A stretch of DNA of 53,001 nucleotides, from the IMG/VR virus record IMGVR_UViG_3300030102_005935, positions 1 through 53,001 of that record. One strand, given 5' to 3'. Shown here piece by piece: positions 28,201 to 37,735 of the stretch (position 1 is the stretch's first letter; each line of letters begins with the position of its first letter). The notes below the pieces were generated by a model that was not told the DNA's origin, did no database searches, and saw nothing but the letters and a program-made list of their open reading frames with translations. The stretch is from a virus (Duplodnaviria; Caudoviricetes). Position numbers and translations under genes: made by a program.

Positions 28201-31158
28201 ACAGGAAACGAAGATGCTCAAGAAATGATTGAAAAAAGAATGATGGAAGTAAGAAGACAATCTCCGCCTTACGATGGTGGAGAGATAAAACTAAACAACC
28301 ATGAAGCGCGCTTGCAAAACCATGTCAACACTTTACTTGCCAAAGAAAAAATATTCAAAGTGTTACGACCAGCGATTGAAAAAATTTACCCCGATGTATA
28401 TACCGGTGATGTTCGTAAAGCAACAGCGGCTACCGCCTACACACTCAAACTGGCAGAACAAATTGCTATGCTATCTCCCGACGAAAGGAAGAAATTGTTT
28501 GGTGGTAAAGACAACATTCGTATAGGTGGTAAATCGGCTTCATTTGATTTATCCGAAGATGAGGTTGAAGAATTAGCGAATTTGAATGTTAAGCGTAAAA
28601 CCCATCTTGATTCATCATTTGTTGAAGGGAGCAAAATGGTTGACAACACTTTTGGTGGTGTTCAACCAAAAGGGTATAGAGTTCTTTCACATCTCGCGAA
28701 AGACTCAAACAACATTGACGAAGATGAGATAAAAATATTTGACCAACTAATCAGCAGTGTCAAGCAAGCCGCGAAAGAACAAGAGATTAGTTTCCAACAA
28801 GCGTTCGCTGCTCGTTATTATCCAACAAACTCAAACGGAATACCACTGAAAGGACAAGACCGAAGTTTTGCTTTTGACGCTTTAGAAGGCATGAAGCGAA
28901 GAGTAGGCGGTATGGGCTTCAATGAAGGAGGATTGTTCCGCGGTAGTCCGATATTTAGGCATGGCGGTGAGTCAATCCTTGATAAGAAAAACAAACCAGT
29001 TAGTATGAATAAAGAGCGCGAAATCATTTTCAAGATGTTATACAATGGTTTCTCTCAAACAAGAGAAGGTAGCGATGCAGCGTTAGATTTCAAGGGAATG
29101 TCATTCTTCAAGGGCTATGATGTAAAAAGAGCCAAAAAAGTGATGGATTTCAATAAACTTGACTCTCTTGATAACATCTCTTCACTGCTTGATAGTGTGA
29201 CGAAAACGCGCATATTTGACCAATCATCTCATGAAGATGTGGATACAAACATGGGTGGTTATGATTTCAAGAATGCTCCTGTCGTTCCTATCGCTACAAG
29301 CGCAGATAAAAAATTCCACGGTGGTATAGGAACCCCTGTTCCATTTATTGCAAGACCCGATTCATTGAATCAAGGTATGTTGTATCTTGAAGATGAAAAC
29401 GAGCATGTTTACAATCCTCCACCAGCACAACAACTTGTTACATTGAGTAACATGATAAGACGCGTCAATCCAACTTTACCACCTTTACCACCTTCTAAGC
29501 CCGGTGATAAGTATTATCCAAACTACGCCGGTTTTGATAACGAGCCGAATCCTAACATTCGTATGGGTCAAGCGGCTAATCAAGCGATGTTTACTGGAAC
29601 AGAAGCCTTGCAGTCCACAGACGATTCGTTAAGAACATACTCATCACATTTACTTGATGTCGCGTTAGATGATACACTTATCATAAAAGAAGATGGTAAA
29701 CCACAACCCATCAAATTTATGCATCGCATATTTGAGTTGGGAGACTTAGAGCATTTGCGCGGCTTCGTAGGTGATTGGGTTATCAGTCTATATCCGCAAG
29801 GTGAACACATCATCGCGACAAAAAAAGGAGATAAGATTACTGCTTATGGTGCTGATGGTGAAGTAAAGTTAGACGATGTGTTTAACGAAGAAGCAAGCAA
29901 AGTGTATGAAAAAGACTTCGTGGTTCATGCTATATTACACGATGGAGTAATGACCGTTATTGATTTGCTAAAGACTGCCGATGAAGATACACACAACATG
30001 CCAACCAAAGACCGCATTCGTCATCTTCGCGCTCAATACGAATCAAGCGAACACATCAAGATGCCCGAACCTATCAACACTAAGCGTAGCGATGATGAGG
30101 GATTGCAAGTCGCTATTGATGGTTTGAGAAATGAAAACAATATGGACATATTGCTCCGTGATGCTAACGCTACTTACATGAAAGGTGAGCCAAGACACCC
30201 TAAGTGGGTGTTGTTGAGTAAAGAAAAGATGGTTGATGTCGTCATTCTTTCCCGCAATGGTAAATCATACACAATAGGTGTAGGGCCATTGATGCACCCC
30301 GAAAACTACGGTAAGCGCGCACAACAAGTTGGTGAAGAACACTACATGAATGTTGGAAGCGCGAAAGGTCCGCGTGGATTGAAAGTCGGAGACTTTGCTA
30401 CTGTTCGTTGCACAGGTGTAAGTTCGTCAAATGGTGAACATACTACCTACCGTGTTCGTTCAGCCAAGATAACCGATGACGAACCGCTTGCCGCTGACAG
30501 TGTTGAGACTCTTGCAGTGATGTCCGGCGACCATCATATTCCTCAACAAGTCAATATGAAGAAAGGTAAAATCACTATTTTATTCCCTGCGTTTGATGAT
30601 GAAGTTATTTGTAAAACGCGCAAAGAAGAGGGTTATTGGTATGTTGAGCCGGAATCATCTCTATGGGGCAACGATTATCTTGTTGAGTTGGCACGCGACC
30701 AAGAAGCATACTGGATTGCAAAAGCCGCTTGGCTTTTGATGAAGGAAGAAGAAGAAGGCGTTGAACAACCCGAATACGACGAGGTAACACCCGAACCACC
30801 AGCGGGTCATAGCAAGAAAAGAAAGCATGTGTTGGAAGACGAAGAAGAAGTCATCAAGCATGGGTTAGAGTTGATAGAGCGCGGGTTGGAACATCTTAGT
30901 AAAGAGAAGATTACCAGCACAGGAGTTCAAGGATTAGGTATGGATTATGCAACCTATGATGAATCCCCGCGAGGCCCAACTGAGAATATACGCGACAACA
31001 CTATGCCCGATTTTGACCCTCAAGCACGACGAGATGATGAATTAAAACCAGCAACAGGCAAGAAAAAGAGTAAACTGCGAACCAGTCAAGGTGAAGTTGC
31101 GCGTCTTGAAGACGATGGGGTTCTCGCGATTGAGAACAGTTCCATTGATATACCATGA
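25204..31158 (+). CDS. Giant protein, 1984 aa, with C-terminal degenerate ATP-dependent DNA ligase-like (NTase + OB) domain
   Basis: DWVISLYPQGEHIIATKKGDKITAY aligns to motif I; VIDLL, RIRHLR, ILLRDANATYMKGEPRHPKWVLL and VDVVIL match the ligase motif order. Confidence 0.82.
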   Translation: MREDALQYHQRMVNQFAQAIINKQDARDEAVNLLLSANNLENNGYAYPIFKEQAEDFLKPLLEIKNPSDKGMERIFSSKTTRHEPTPTRHHKARGLFHSDDWVKAMMEGNENAIDMMVRLFAGRRFKDTIPDIAGRGVDGVVGKHSKLKALNLHPPRKGEVAFGEKSLWQHLSKFLYGNGGANAERLNDAMVKVANNMNPILKQPHLFSNWRGNNATIMKMYQRGKDDFIKAFGERFGKNHPLLSSKMLDEYYLRQKNWENEGIPREEIFDVLYEENGNPASKSKKSDKSPVDLLRELADTYNDTRRRPKEGEANFGRVGDDAYRLGIAMLPYDDIYRIKRWMLETSGGMKDDGTVGNDKVINEILGPDARGYMAHHAFMIDNMLHTLHAGGAERNGMSHVLPNRFLNKTKEEVMRDIDARHEEIRRRLKEGRWGTLGDDALQDALQGVDFSPKVAEFVKNRDDVIVVDDDDNPIYPHIDHSDYGTFVYMNSDLPDIRKLSAFGFFNQEELDDLIERSVVSYGSKEYTDLLRQSIADYTHTHNIEDEFDMLEEPTIYQSPLGILMEGVGSRRGNANGEWGDLGNSYDESMPNMIRVNLPTIAFMMPSRGERSGSGSQKTVEQQDEFDPKKETDGQLRRDLEEALQRYGVEDEEKYLDMFDNGKVVSLDVPRKEMTTQDVAEGIINPYTAENYPDSLPSPLGQIEQYVEGMPTPMSIATKGLHSFYMAHSNNFGLGMADFNGFFSLDGKPLRSTETALKTPMYSTRKERVNSQSKGGRSLFDRHQMSGDRKGSEARQLGITKNNHSNEDKLLIDAFLLGMHHPLHQHDDDSFELFNALMNAKEGERMDIIKKNTHKDIIGSGGRTGQDMLRELLQDVTEPSHHAIYHKEDYDDHMVKLMNFNEPYELPEAQIKGIKSRGRLIQSIKELDQQYRRAFEEGDEEKKNELHKQIETMLNDKDNIVGYREHEDGLSALVVGPTPSYLASQHYAMLESALQKARNTGNEDAQEMIEKRMMEVRRQSPPYDGGEIKLNNHEARLQNHVNTLLAKEKIFKVLRPAIEKIYPDVYTGDVRKATAATAYTLKLAEQIAMLSPDERKKLFGGKDNIRIGGKSASFDLSEDEVEELANLNVKRKTHLDSSFVEGSKMVDNTFGGVQPKGYRVLSHLAKDSNNIDEDEIKIFDQLISSVKQAAKEQEISFQQAFAARYYPTNSNGIPLKGQDRSFAFDALEGMKRRVGGMGFNEGGLFRGSPIFRHGGESILDKKNKPVSMNKEREIIFKMLYNGFSQTREGSDAALDFKGMSFFKGYDVKRAKKVMDFNKLDSLDNISSLLDSVTKTRIFDQSSHEDVDTNMGGYDFKNAPVVPIATSADKKFHGGIGTPVPFIARPDSLNQGMLYLEDENEHVYNPPPAQQLVTLSNMIRRVNPTLPPLPPSKPGDKYYPNYAGFDNEPNPNIRMGQAANQAMFTGTEALQSTDDSLRTYSSHLLDVALDDTLIIKEDGKPQPIKFMHRIFELGDLEHLRGFVGDWVISLYPQGEHIIATKKGDKITAYGADGEVKLDDVFNEEASKVYEKDFVVHAILHDGVMTVIDLLKTADEDTHNMPTKDRIRHLRAQYESSEHIKMPEPINTKRSDDEGLQVAIDGLRNENNMDILLRDANATYMKGEPRHPKWVLLSKEKMVDVVILSRNGKSYTIGVGPLMHPENYGKRAQQVGEEHYMNVGSAKGPRGLKVGDFATVRCTGVSSSNGEHTTYRVRSAKITDDEPLAADSVETLAVMSGDHHIPQQVNMKKGKITILFPAFDDEVICKTRKEEGYWYVEPESSLWGNDYLVELARDQEAYWIAKAAWLLMKEEEEGVEQPEYDEVTPEPPAGHSKKRKHVLEDEEEVIKHGLELIERGLEHLSKEKITSTGVQGLGMDYATYDESPRGPTENIRDNTMPDFDPQARRDDELKPATGKKKSKLRTSQGEVARLEDDGVLAIENSSIDIP

Positions 31159-32648
31159 ATAAAAATTCGGAAGCAATGGCGATTCTCGCGGCTCCGAGTT
31201 CTTCCTCCAATCCCGTCATTTTGAAGGGTATTGGTGATGACCTTGTTGTTGCTGGGTATGCGTCTGTTGAAATGGTTGACAAGCAAGGCGACCTCATTAC
31301 TCGCGGTGCTTTGAAAGATGCGTTTGGCAAATTCATGAAAGCCGACGGGTTCCGCAATGTGCAACTTGCACACTCCAACATTCAAGTAGGAAGTGTCATT
31401 CCTTCCTACACTGATTCCTCCGGTCGTCTTTGGAAATCCGAAGTTGACGACACCGGTATGTTCGTAGTTATCAAACTACGAGGCGACATTGAGAAGGCAC
31501 GCGAAGTGGCTTCCGAAATCCGTAAAGGGAACTTGCGTTCGTTCTCTATCGGTGGTCAAGCATTTGAGCGCGTTAACAAGAGCGACCAAACTCGCGGAGA
31601 CTACCGCGAAATCCGTCGCATGGAACTCCATGAGGTTACGATTTGTGAAAAAGGTATTAACCCGGAAGCACAATTTCGTATCCTCAAGGAAGACACAGGT
31701 GATAATATGAGCAATACGATGAGCGAATTACAAAGTGTCCTTGAACGATTGTCAAAGAAACTTGACGATAAGGACGATGAAGACAAAGAAAATGCAATGA
31801 TGGGTGAAGACCCAAAAATGCATGACAAGAAAGACAAAGAATCCAAAGACAAAGGCATTGAGGACCTTCTTGATGCTCCCGACAAAAAAGACGAGGACGA
31901 TGACGGCAACATGAAGGAGACTCTTCGTGAAGCGCGTGAAGACAAGAAGGACAAAAAACCAGCAATGGACGATGACGATGACGAGGATGACGAAAACGAA
32001 GATATGATGTATGGTGATGACATGACAGCAAAAGCAGATGATATGATAACGAGCGACTACTTGATTTGGTTAGAGCAAACAGCAAAGAGCGCGGGCTTTG
32101 ACCCGTCTGCTGCTCGCGACCATTTCAACAAAGGATACGGACCGGGTGAAACCTCATTTGATATGAGAGGACAGGGTTCCCTTGAAGGTGCAGGTGAAGA
32201 CGACTCCGGTAAAAGGCCACAACCAAACTTTGGTTCTGCGCCTACCGGAAACAAGAATGTGATTAAGGGAGACTACCTAAACTCACAGAATGTTTCACCT
32301 TCCGAGATTGAAGCGGCTTACGAAGTTTACAAGGCCGCAGCAATGGAGCAACAATTCAAGGCAGACTTGAACAACAACTTCACTCAAAGGTTCCTAAAAG
32401 AACAGAAGGCAGAAGCAGACGCAATTGCAAAGCAAGAATTTGATGCTCGCGCACCAATGGTTGAGTTGCAAAAGGCTGTCCTTGCGCTAAATGAGCGTAT
32501 TGACAATGTTTCTTCCGGTAGTTCAATGATTGCAAAGTCCGCTAACAGCGCGACTGTAACTATTCCCGAAACTGCTGACTTGGCAAACATGTCGTGGGAC
32601 GATGTTCACCGACTTGCCGACAAAGCATTGAACGGAGGTGTTAACTGA
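31155..32648 (+). CDS. HK97-type prohead protease fused to an acidic/coiled-coil scaffold (likely start ATG 31176)
   Basis: VAGYASVEMVDKQGD, LAHSN (His), RSFSIGG (Ser), LHEVTICEKGINPEA; directly precedes the MCP. Confidence 0.93.
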   Translation: MNKNSEAMAILAAPSSSSNPVILKGIGDDLVVAGYASVEMVDKQGDLITRGALKDAFGKFMKADGFRNVQLAHSNIQVGSVIPSYTDSSGRLWKSEVDDTGMFVVIKLRGDIEKAREVASEIRKGNLRSFSIGGQAFERVNKSDQTRGDYREIRRMELHEVTICEKGINPEAQFRILKEDTGDNMSNTMSELQSVLERLSKKLDDKDDEDKENAMMGEDPKMHDKKDKESKDKGIEDLLDAPDKKDEDDDGNMKETLREAREDKKDKKPAMDDDDDEDDENEDMMYGDDMTAKADDMITSDYLIWLEQTAKSAGFDPSAARDHFNKGYGPGETSFDMRGQGSLEGAGEDDSGKRPQPNFGSAPTGNKNVIKGDYLNSQNVSPSEIEAAYEVYKAAAMEQQFKADLNNNFTQRFLKEQKAEADAIAKQEFDARAPMVELQKAVLALNERIDNVSSGSSMIAKSANSATVTIPETADLANMSWDDVHRLADKALNGGVN

Positions 32649-33796
32649 TGGCAAGAAATTATGTAAGAACAGTTCAAGATATGGAGCGATACTATTACGG
32701 TGGGGCTTCTCAAACCGGATACACATACGGAAGCGGAGACATTCTAAAGGCAGACGCGCCTCTTCTCTCCACAACCGCTGGAACATACCAAGCAATCTAT
32801 GGTCGTAAAGTATGGTCGCAATTGAACCAAGAGTTCAACGCGTTCTCTATACTACCAAAGAAGCCGTGGGAGCGAAGTGGTTGGAGAATTCTAACTGGTC
32901 GCGCTGACTTCACAAAGGGTGGCGGAATTGCAGAAAACGGAACACTACCGGACACAAGCAGACCCGAATTCCTACATGTAGCAGCAAAGCCAAAAACCAT
33001 CGCGCACACTTTTGACCTATCCGAAGTGAGCATGTTCCTTTCCGATAAGGACGATGGATTGGGCGATGTCCGACAAGTCTTGAAAGAAGAAATGGGTAAG
33101 CACCACGCTGAACACATTAACAGAATGCTTCTTGAAGATGTTGACACACCAGTTGGAAACGACTTTGAATCTCTTGACAGATTAACTTCCGACCCGGACA
33201 AGATGACAACAGGAACAGGCCATGTAAGCGCAACCACTGACCACGACATTTACTCCATTGCTCGCGACGGAAGTGCAGACTTCCACAGCGCGGAAGTTGA
33301 TGTTTCAACAAGTTCAAGCACTAACAGAAACCTATCTCTAAACATTCTTGATGGGTTGTTCCAGCAACTATGGACCCGTGGTGGTAATCCAAAGGTTATG
33401 CTAACTGGATATGACACTCTAATGAGAGTTCAACAGTTGCTACAATCCCAACAAAGGTTCATGGACAGCAAGAGAGTTACCCCAACCTACAACGGTGTAA
33501 AGGGTGTTCCGGGTCTTGAGGCTGGTTTCATTGTGGCTACCTACAACGGTGTCCCAATTATCCCAACCAAAGATATGCCACAAGATGGTGCAGGTTCACT
33601 ATCTCGTATGTATTACCTTGACACAGACTACCTATGGTTCCAAACTGCTATACCAACACAGTATTATGAGTCCGGTATTGAAACCGGCGACCCATTCGCG
33701 ATTAACAGACTCGGCCAAGAAGGTCTTTACAGAACAATGGGAGAATTGTGGTGTTCTTTCTTCGGTGCAAGTGGTTCAATCCGCGACTTACAATGA
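32648..33796 (+). CDS. Major capsid protein (HK97 fold)
   Basis: Size, position and motifs (ILPKKPW, GGIAENG, KPKTIAHTF, YNGVPIIP); GGAGGTG SD. Confidence 0.93.
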   Translation: MARNYVRTVQDMERYYYGGASQTGYTYGSGDILKADAPLLSTTAGTYQAIYGRKVWSQLNQEFNAFSILPKKPWERSGWRILTGRADFTKGGGIAENGTLPDTSRPEFLHVAAKPKTIAHTFDLSEVSMFLSDKDDGLGDVRQVLKEEMGKHHAEHINRMLLEDVDTPVGNDFESLDRLTSDPDKMTTGTGHVSATTDHDIYSIARDGSADFHSAEVDVSTSSSTNRNLSLNILDGLFQQLWTRGGNPKVMLTGYDTLMRVQQLLQSQQRFMDSKRVTPTYNGVKGVPGLEAGFIVATYNGVPIIPTKDMPQDGAGSLSRMYYLDTDYLWFQTAIPTQYYESGIETGDPFAINRLGQEGLYRTMGELWCSFFGASGSIRDLQ

Positions 33797-33807
33797 GGTG
33801 ATGAAAA

Positions 33808-34203
33808 ATGACAGTGACACATAGAGGAATTACATACACAGAAAGTGCAGGAACAGCAGCGGTAGTTTTAGACCTACCACTAAACACAGGTGTTGACATT
33901 GATGATGCAACATGGTTGACAGACTATCCGGGTGGTGCAGGGACACCGGGCAATGCTTTGGCTCCTTTTAGCGCAAGGCAGACCGATGGTTCACAAGCAC
34001 GCGCTCCAAGATTCGTTATACTAACTTGGACAGGTGCAACAGCCGGTGCGACTCTAACACTAAGCGGAGAAGTAACAGCAGTTCACGGAGCATTTAGCGA
34101 AATCGCAACAGCCGGTGATAGTGGTCTATCAATATCCGGTCTTGAGTTGACTCACAACTCAAGTGCGACCGAAACATTGCAACTACTACTAATACTTGGT
34201 TGA
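33808..34203 (+). CDS. Putative virion structural/decoration protein, 131 aa
   Basis: T/A/G-rich beta-type protein directly after the MCP; GAGGTGA SD. Confidence 0.7.
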   Translation: MTVTHRGITYTESAGTAAVVLDLPLNTGVDIDDATWLTDYPGGAGTPGNALAPFSARQTDGSQARAPRFVILTWTGATAGATLTLSGEVTAVHGAFSEIATAGDSGLSISGLELTHNSSATETLQLLLILG

Positions 34204-34213
34204 GGTGGTTTCT

Positions 34214-34582
34214 TTGCCTACTATAACCTACAAAGGCCCAAGACGCGCTGGCGCGAACATGGGTCGCTTAGGTTGGTGGCTTTGGGGTAAACCAGTTGAA
34301 GTATCGGCAGAATGGCTTGACGCTCATCGTAAAGAAGTTGAAGGAGCAGATTTCGTAATTGAAGGACATCTCTTTGAAACAGTTGATGATGGTAATGACG
34401 GTCTTCCCGATATGGGCTGGAAGAAAGGTGATATTATGACTTGGTGTGATGAGAACGGAGTTCAATACTCCGCTCTCTCCACCAAAGCCAAGTTGCTCGC
34501 GGCAGTTGACGCGCACCTTAACCCACCCGAAGATACTATAACCGAAGGCGAAGAAGCAGATACAACGGAGAGTGATGAATAA
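34214..34582 (+). CDS. Protein with HeH/LEM-like motif (start revised to TTG 34214)
   Basis: WKKGDIMTWCDENGVQYSALSTKAKLLAAV; GAGGTGG SD before the TTG. Confidence 0.7.
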   Translation: MPTITYKGPRRAGANMGRLGWWLWGKPVEVSAEWLDAHRKEVEGADFVIEGHLFETVDDGNDGLPDMGWKKGDIMTWCDENGVQYSALSTKAKLLAAVDAHLNPPEDTITEGEEADTTESDE

Positions 34583-34860
34583 TGGCATTTAGTTCAACGA
34601 TAGATAACAGACCGCATAACATTGGTGATTTAGTTCTGCTAAGTGGAACTTTCAACGCAGACAGTGTGACAACTGGCGCGATTGACTTATCATCGCATCT
34701 TAGCACAATCCTAAGCGCGCAAGTAAATGGCGACACTTTGGGTGATGTTACAGGCGGCGGTGTTGATGGCGCGTATGGATTGATTACTGCGGCTACTACT
34801 TTGACAATTGATTGCGTTAGTGGTAACACAGGTAAGTGGACCGTCATTGGTAAGAGATGA
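34582..34860 (+). CDS. Putative small structural protein, 92 aa
   Basis: Beta-rich composition, TAATG coupling. Confidence 0.75.
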   Translation: MAFSSTIDNRPHNIGDLVLLSGTFNADSVTTGAIDLSSHLSTILSAQVNGDTLGDVTGGGVDGAYGLITAATTLTIDCVSGNTGKWTVIGKR

Positions 34861-34871
34861 GGTGATTCACC

Positions 34872-35045
34872 TTGTCCGATACCAAAGTGTTTGAGTTCAC
34901 GCCTAACGAGGCTTGTGAAACAGGCGCGGCTGTTGCGGGTGGAGTCCAACAGGTGCTTGATGCTTATACTCAAAGCAAGACCGTTGAGAGTATAACATCA
35001 TATACCATGCAGGGCAACTTATATGTCGTAGTCGTCACCTCATGA
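34872..35045 (+). CDS. Small hypothetical protein, 57 aa (not in the ORF track)
   Basis: GAGGTGA SD then TTG: MSDTKVFEFTPNEACETGAAVAGGVQQVLDAYTQSKTVESITSYTMQGNLYVVVVTS. Confidence 0.72.
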   Translation: MSDTKVFEFTPNEACETGAAVAGGVQQVLDAYTQSKTVESITSYTMQGNLYVVVVTS

Positions 35046-35056
35046 GGGTGAGCGAC

Positions 35057-35323
35057 ATGGACCTACAACAACTGCGAAGGCTTGAGAAACAAGGCTGGCG
35101 TAAGGCTGAAGAGTCAATGGTTAAGACCGATGAGCGCGATAAGTTGAAAGGTGTTGTCAAGCGTCAAAACATGAAGACGCGCAATATCCGAGACATCGTG
35201 AACATCGGTAGTGGCACACGCTGTCGCTTTTGCGGTATGCTACACTTTTGCTACCTTGAGCGATGCGGTGCTTGTAAGAAACCTATGGACTACAATCTCG
35301 GTAAAACAGAAGAGGTGATATGA
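35057..35323 (+). CDS. Zn-ribbon protein (start revised to ATG 35057)
   Basis: CRFCG...CGACKK; GGGTGA SD. Confidence 0.8.
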   Translation: MDLQQLRRLEKQGWRKAEESMVKTDERDKLKGVVKRQNMKTRNIRDIVNIGSGTRCRFCGMLHFCYLERCGACKKPMDYNLGKTEEVI

Positions 35324-36141
35324 TGAACCCAATGGAGATGTCTTGGTTGTTATTGAAAGATGAACCGTTGCCATATCACGGTGATAGTCCACCGCAACCT
35401 CAAACTAATTTGGATGTTTTATTCGCGCCGCGCCGCGCAAAATCGGAGTATCAACCTAATCGCATAGACGATTCACAGTTTCAACAATATATGAAAAACC
35501 GCGGATTATCACTTGATAATTTATCGGAATGGGACTCTTCGCAATTAGACATCGCTCAACAACACGCGCCGTCTGCTGAAATACATCAAAAGTTATCCGA
35601 TGAGCGAGCAAAACGAGGATATAACATCATTCCCCGAAATCAAATGATTGATGTTGGTCGCGACCCCGAAAAATCCCCTATGCCATCTAACAGAAATGAA
35701 GGTGACTACATAGATTCAGTCCGCGGAGATTTCAGCGAGCGTCTTCGCGATTTTCAACAGATGAATGCTGGCGAAGCAATGGAAATGTCTTGGCGAATGC
35801 TCAAAGAGTTGACACCCGACCAGCAAGCAAAGATTGACCAATATAACGCAATGGGTATGGGTGCTTACGCTGAACAATTTAAGCAACTCTTTGAAGAGCA
35901 AAACCGTGTAAATCAACAAGCGCGAGATACTGCTCCTGTTGAAACAGAACAAACCGGTTTGTATCAACAACAAATAGATGCAAGAAACGCAAAGAGAGCG
36001 GAAGAAAACCGCATACGCGCTATGGTCAAGAGAGGTAATCGCGGCGACCTCGGTGAAGCAAGAGAAGCAGCGTATCAATTCTTCTTACAACACGGCCATT
36101 ATCCACGGCATTTCCCTAAGAGTATGATGCGCGAGAGGTGA
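35320..36141 (+). CDS. Hypothetical protein, 273 aa, with two MEMSWxxLK motifs
   Basis: PMEMSWLLLKDE at the N-terminus and AMEMSWRMLKEL internally. Confidence 0.85.
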   Translation: MMNPMEMSWLLLKDEPLPYHGDSPPQPQTNLDVLFAPRRAKSEYQPNRIDDSQFQQYMKNRGLSLDNLSEWDSSQLDIAQQHAPSAEIHQKLSDERAKRGYNIIPRNQMIDVGRDPEKSPMPSNRNEGDYIDSVRGDFSERLRDFQQMNAGEAMEMSWRMLKELTPDQQAKIDQYNAMGMGAYAEQFKQLFEEQNRVNQQARDTAPVETEQTGLYQQQIDARNAKRAEENRIRAMVKRGNRGDLGEAREAAYQFFLQHGHYPRHFPKSMMRER

Positions 36142-36147
36142 TAAGTA

Positions 36148-37731
36148 ATGCCGACAGTGTTTCAAACAGGTGAGCGTGAAGGAAGACCCTTATTCCCTAA
36201 TAGGTTATATTACACTTCCGCGCAAAAGGTAGCAGACATATTGCAGATACCGTTTCCCGACCCTGTTTACTTAGCACTTGATGACGGCTCAACTCATGTT
36301 GATGTATCTCCCGCAGACTACCGATTAGTAGGATTTGAAGTTGGAGATAAGATTGAGATTACCAGCGATGCCGAAATGGGTGAAGAGCGAACTATCACAA
36401 GTGTTGCTCGCGCTTCCGGTAATGTGCGTTTATCTTTCAGCGATGCACTGACAGGAACATATACTACGGCTGATAACGCGCAGGTTCAAAACCTACAATC
36501 ATTCACTAACGGTAAACGAAAAGGTGTAACCAAAGCACAAGTTGAAACTCTCATTTTGCGAACACAAGACAAGATTGACAACTTGACAAACAACGCTTGG
36601 CGACCTATGTTGCAGACTGCTGAATATCTTAACTTTGATACTTACAAACCATATCGTCGCAGATATTACACGGACTATGTTGGTTCTGTTCCTCTTTACT
36701 TCCGTAATGTTCAGCAAGTGTTGAGACTTGAGATATGGCAGGGTCAAGACTATCGCGAGATTGCTGCGGCAGAAATACGATTGAAGGTTGACGACTTCAC
36801 ACAATTGACTGCTGACACGGATAATTTGTATCTATGTCCGGGTGGTGGTGGTGTAGCAACATTGACTGTTGGTGATGGCTCTTCTAAGTTCCGCGCACAG
36901 TTTGACAATGTAAGCACAGCACAACAGTTGGCTGACCTCATCAACAAAGATGCGCGTAAAGGTAAAGCCGCTACTGCGTTCAGCCCATCATTTTCTTTTG
37001 AAGATACGACCGAAATTGACGGAACAATCACAGCAAATGTTCATCATGAATTCATGGCATCAGCCAATGCTGACTATGGTGGTGGACAATTGAAGATTAC
37101 TTCTATGCGTCGCGGTGAAGCAGGTGAGAACGCTACTTACGCTTGCACATCTTCCGGTATTACATTCACTGGTGCAACTGACATCTCAACAACGGTATCA
37201 TCATCAACAGCCACAACCATTACTGTCGCTGATGTTACAGGTCTTGCACCATACGGTATCATCAACATAGGTAGTGCGTATGGATATTATACCAGCATTA
37301 CAGGGACTACACTCAACGGTGTCCAAGACCTCGGAGGAACCGATATTAGCGCGGCAGCAATCAACGGTGCTACACTTCTGCAAAAGAAATTCAAGATTGA
37401 TTATGTTGGCACGACCACAGGTGATGAAGCAAGGCTTCGTGATTGGTGGGCTGACTACGACATGGGTGTTATTTATTTCAACAACTCATACCCCTATTTC
37501 TCATGGAACGCAGTCAAGGTATCTTATGTCTATGGTGAACGATATGTTGAGAAAGCGATTGAAGATATATGCACCAAGTTGGTCGCGATGGACTTGATAC
37601 TGTCCGACGACCGAAGCGTGCTACTACCCGAAGGAACACAGAATGTGGACTTGGGTAGCAAGTATCAATTATTCAAAGCGCAGGTGGCTGAAACACTACC
37701 GCGCTATACAGAAGTAATGACGGTGTTGTGA
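36148..37731 (+). CDS. Putative head-tail adaptor/neck protein with inserted beta domains
   Basis: N-terminal YYTSAQKVADIL, IDNLTNNAW, C-terminal VKVSYVYG...IEDICTKLVA resemble gp15/gp6-like adaptors. Confidence 0.7.
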   Translation: MPTVFQTGEREGRPLFPNRLYYTSAQKVADILQIPFPDPVYLALDDGSTHVDVSPADYRLVGFEVGDKIEITSDAEMGEERTITSVARASGNVRLSFSDALTGTYTTADNAQVQNLQSFTNGKRKGVTKAQVETLILRTQDKIDNLTNNAWRPMLQTAEYLNFDTYKPYRRRYYTDYVGSVPLYFRNVQQVLRLEIWQGQDYREIAAAEIRLKVDDFTQLTADTDNLYLCPGGGGVATLTVGDGSSKFRAQFDNVSTAQQLADLINKDARKGKAATAFSPSFSFEDTTEIDGTITANVHHEFMASANADYGGGQLKITSMRRGEAGENATYACTSSGITFTGATDISTTVSSSTATTITVADVTGLAPYGIINIGSAYGYYTSITGTTLNGVQDLGGTDISAAAINGATLLQKKFKIDYVGTTTGDEARLRDWWADYDMGVIYFNNSYPYFSWNAVKVSYVYGERYVEKAIEDICTKLVAMDLILSDDRSVLLPEGTQNVDLGSKYQLFKAQVAETLPRYTEVMTVL

Positions 37732-37735
37732 TAGT

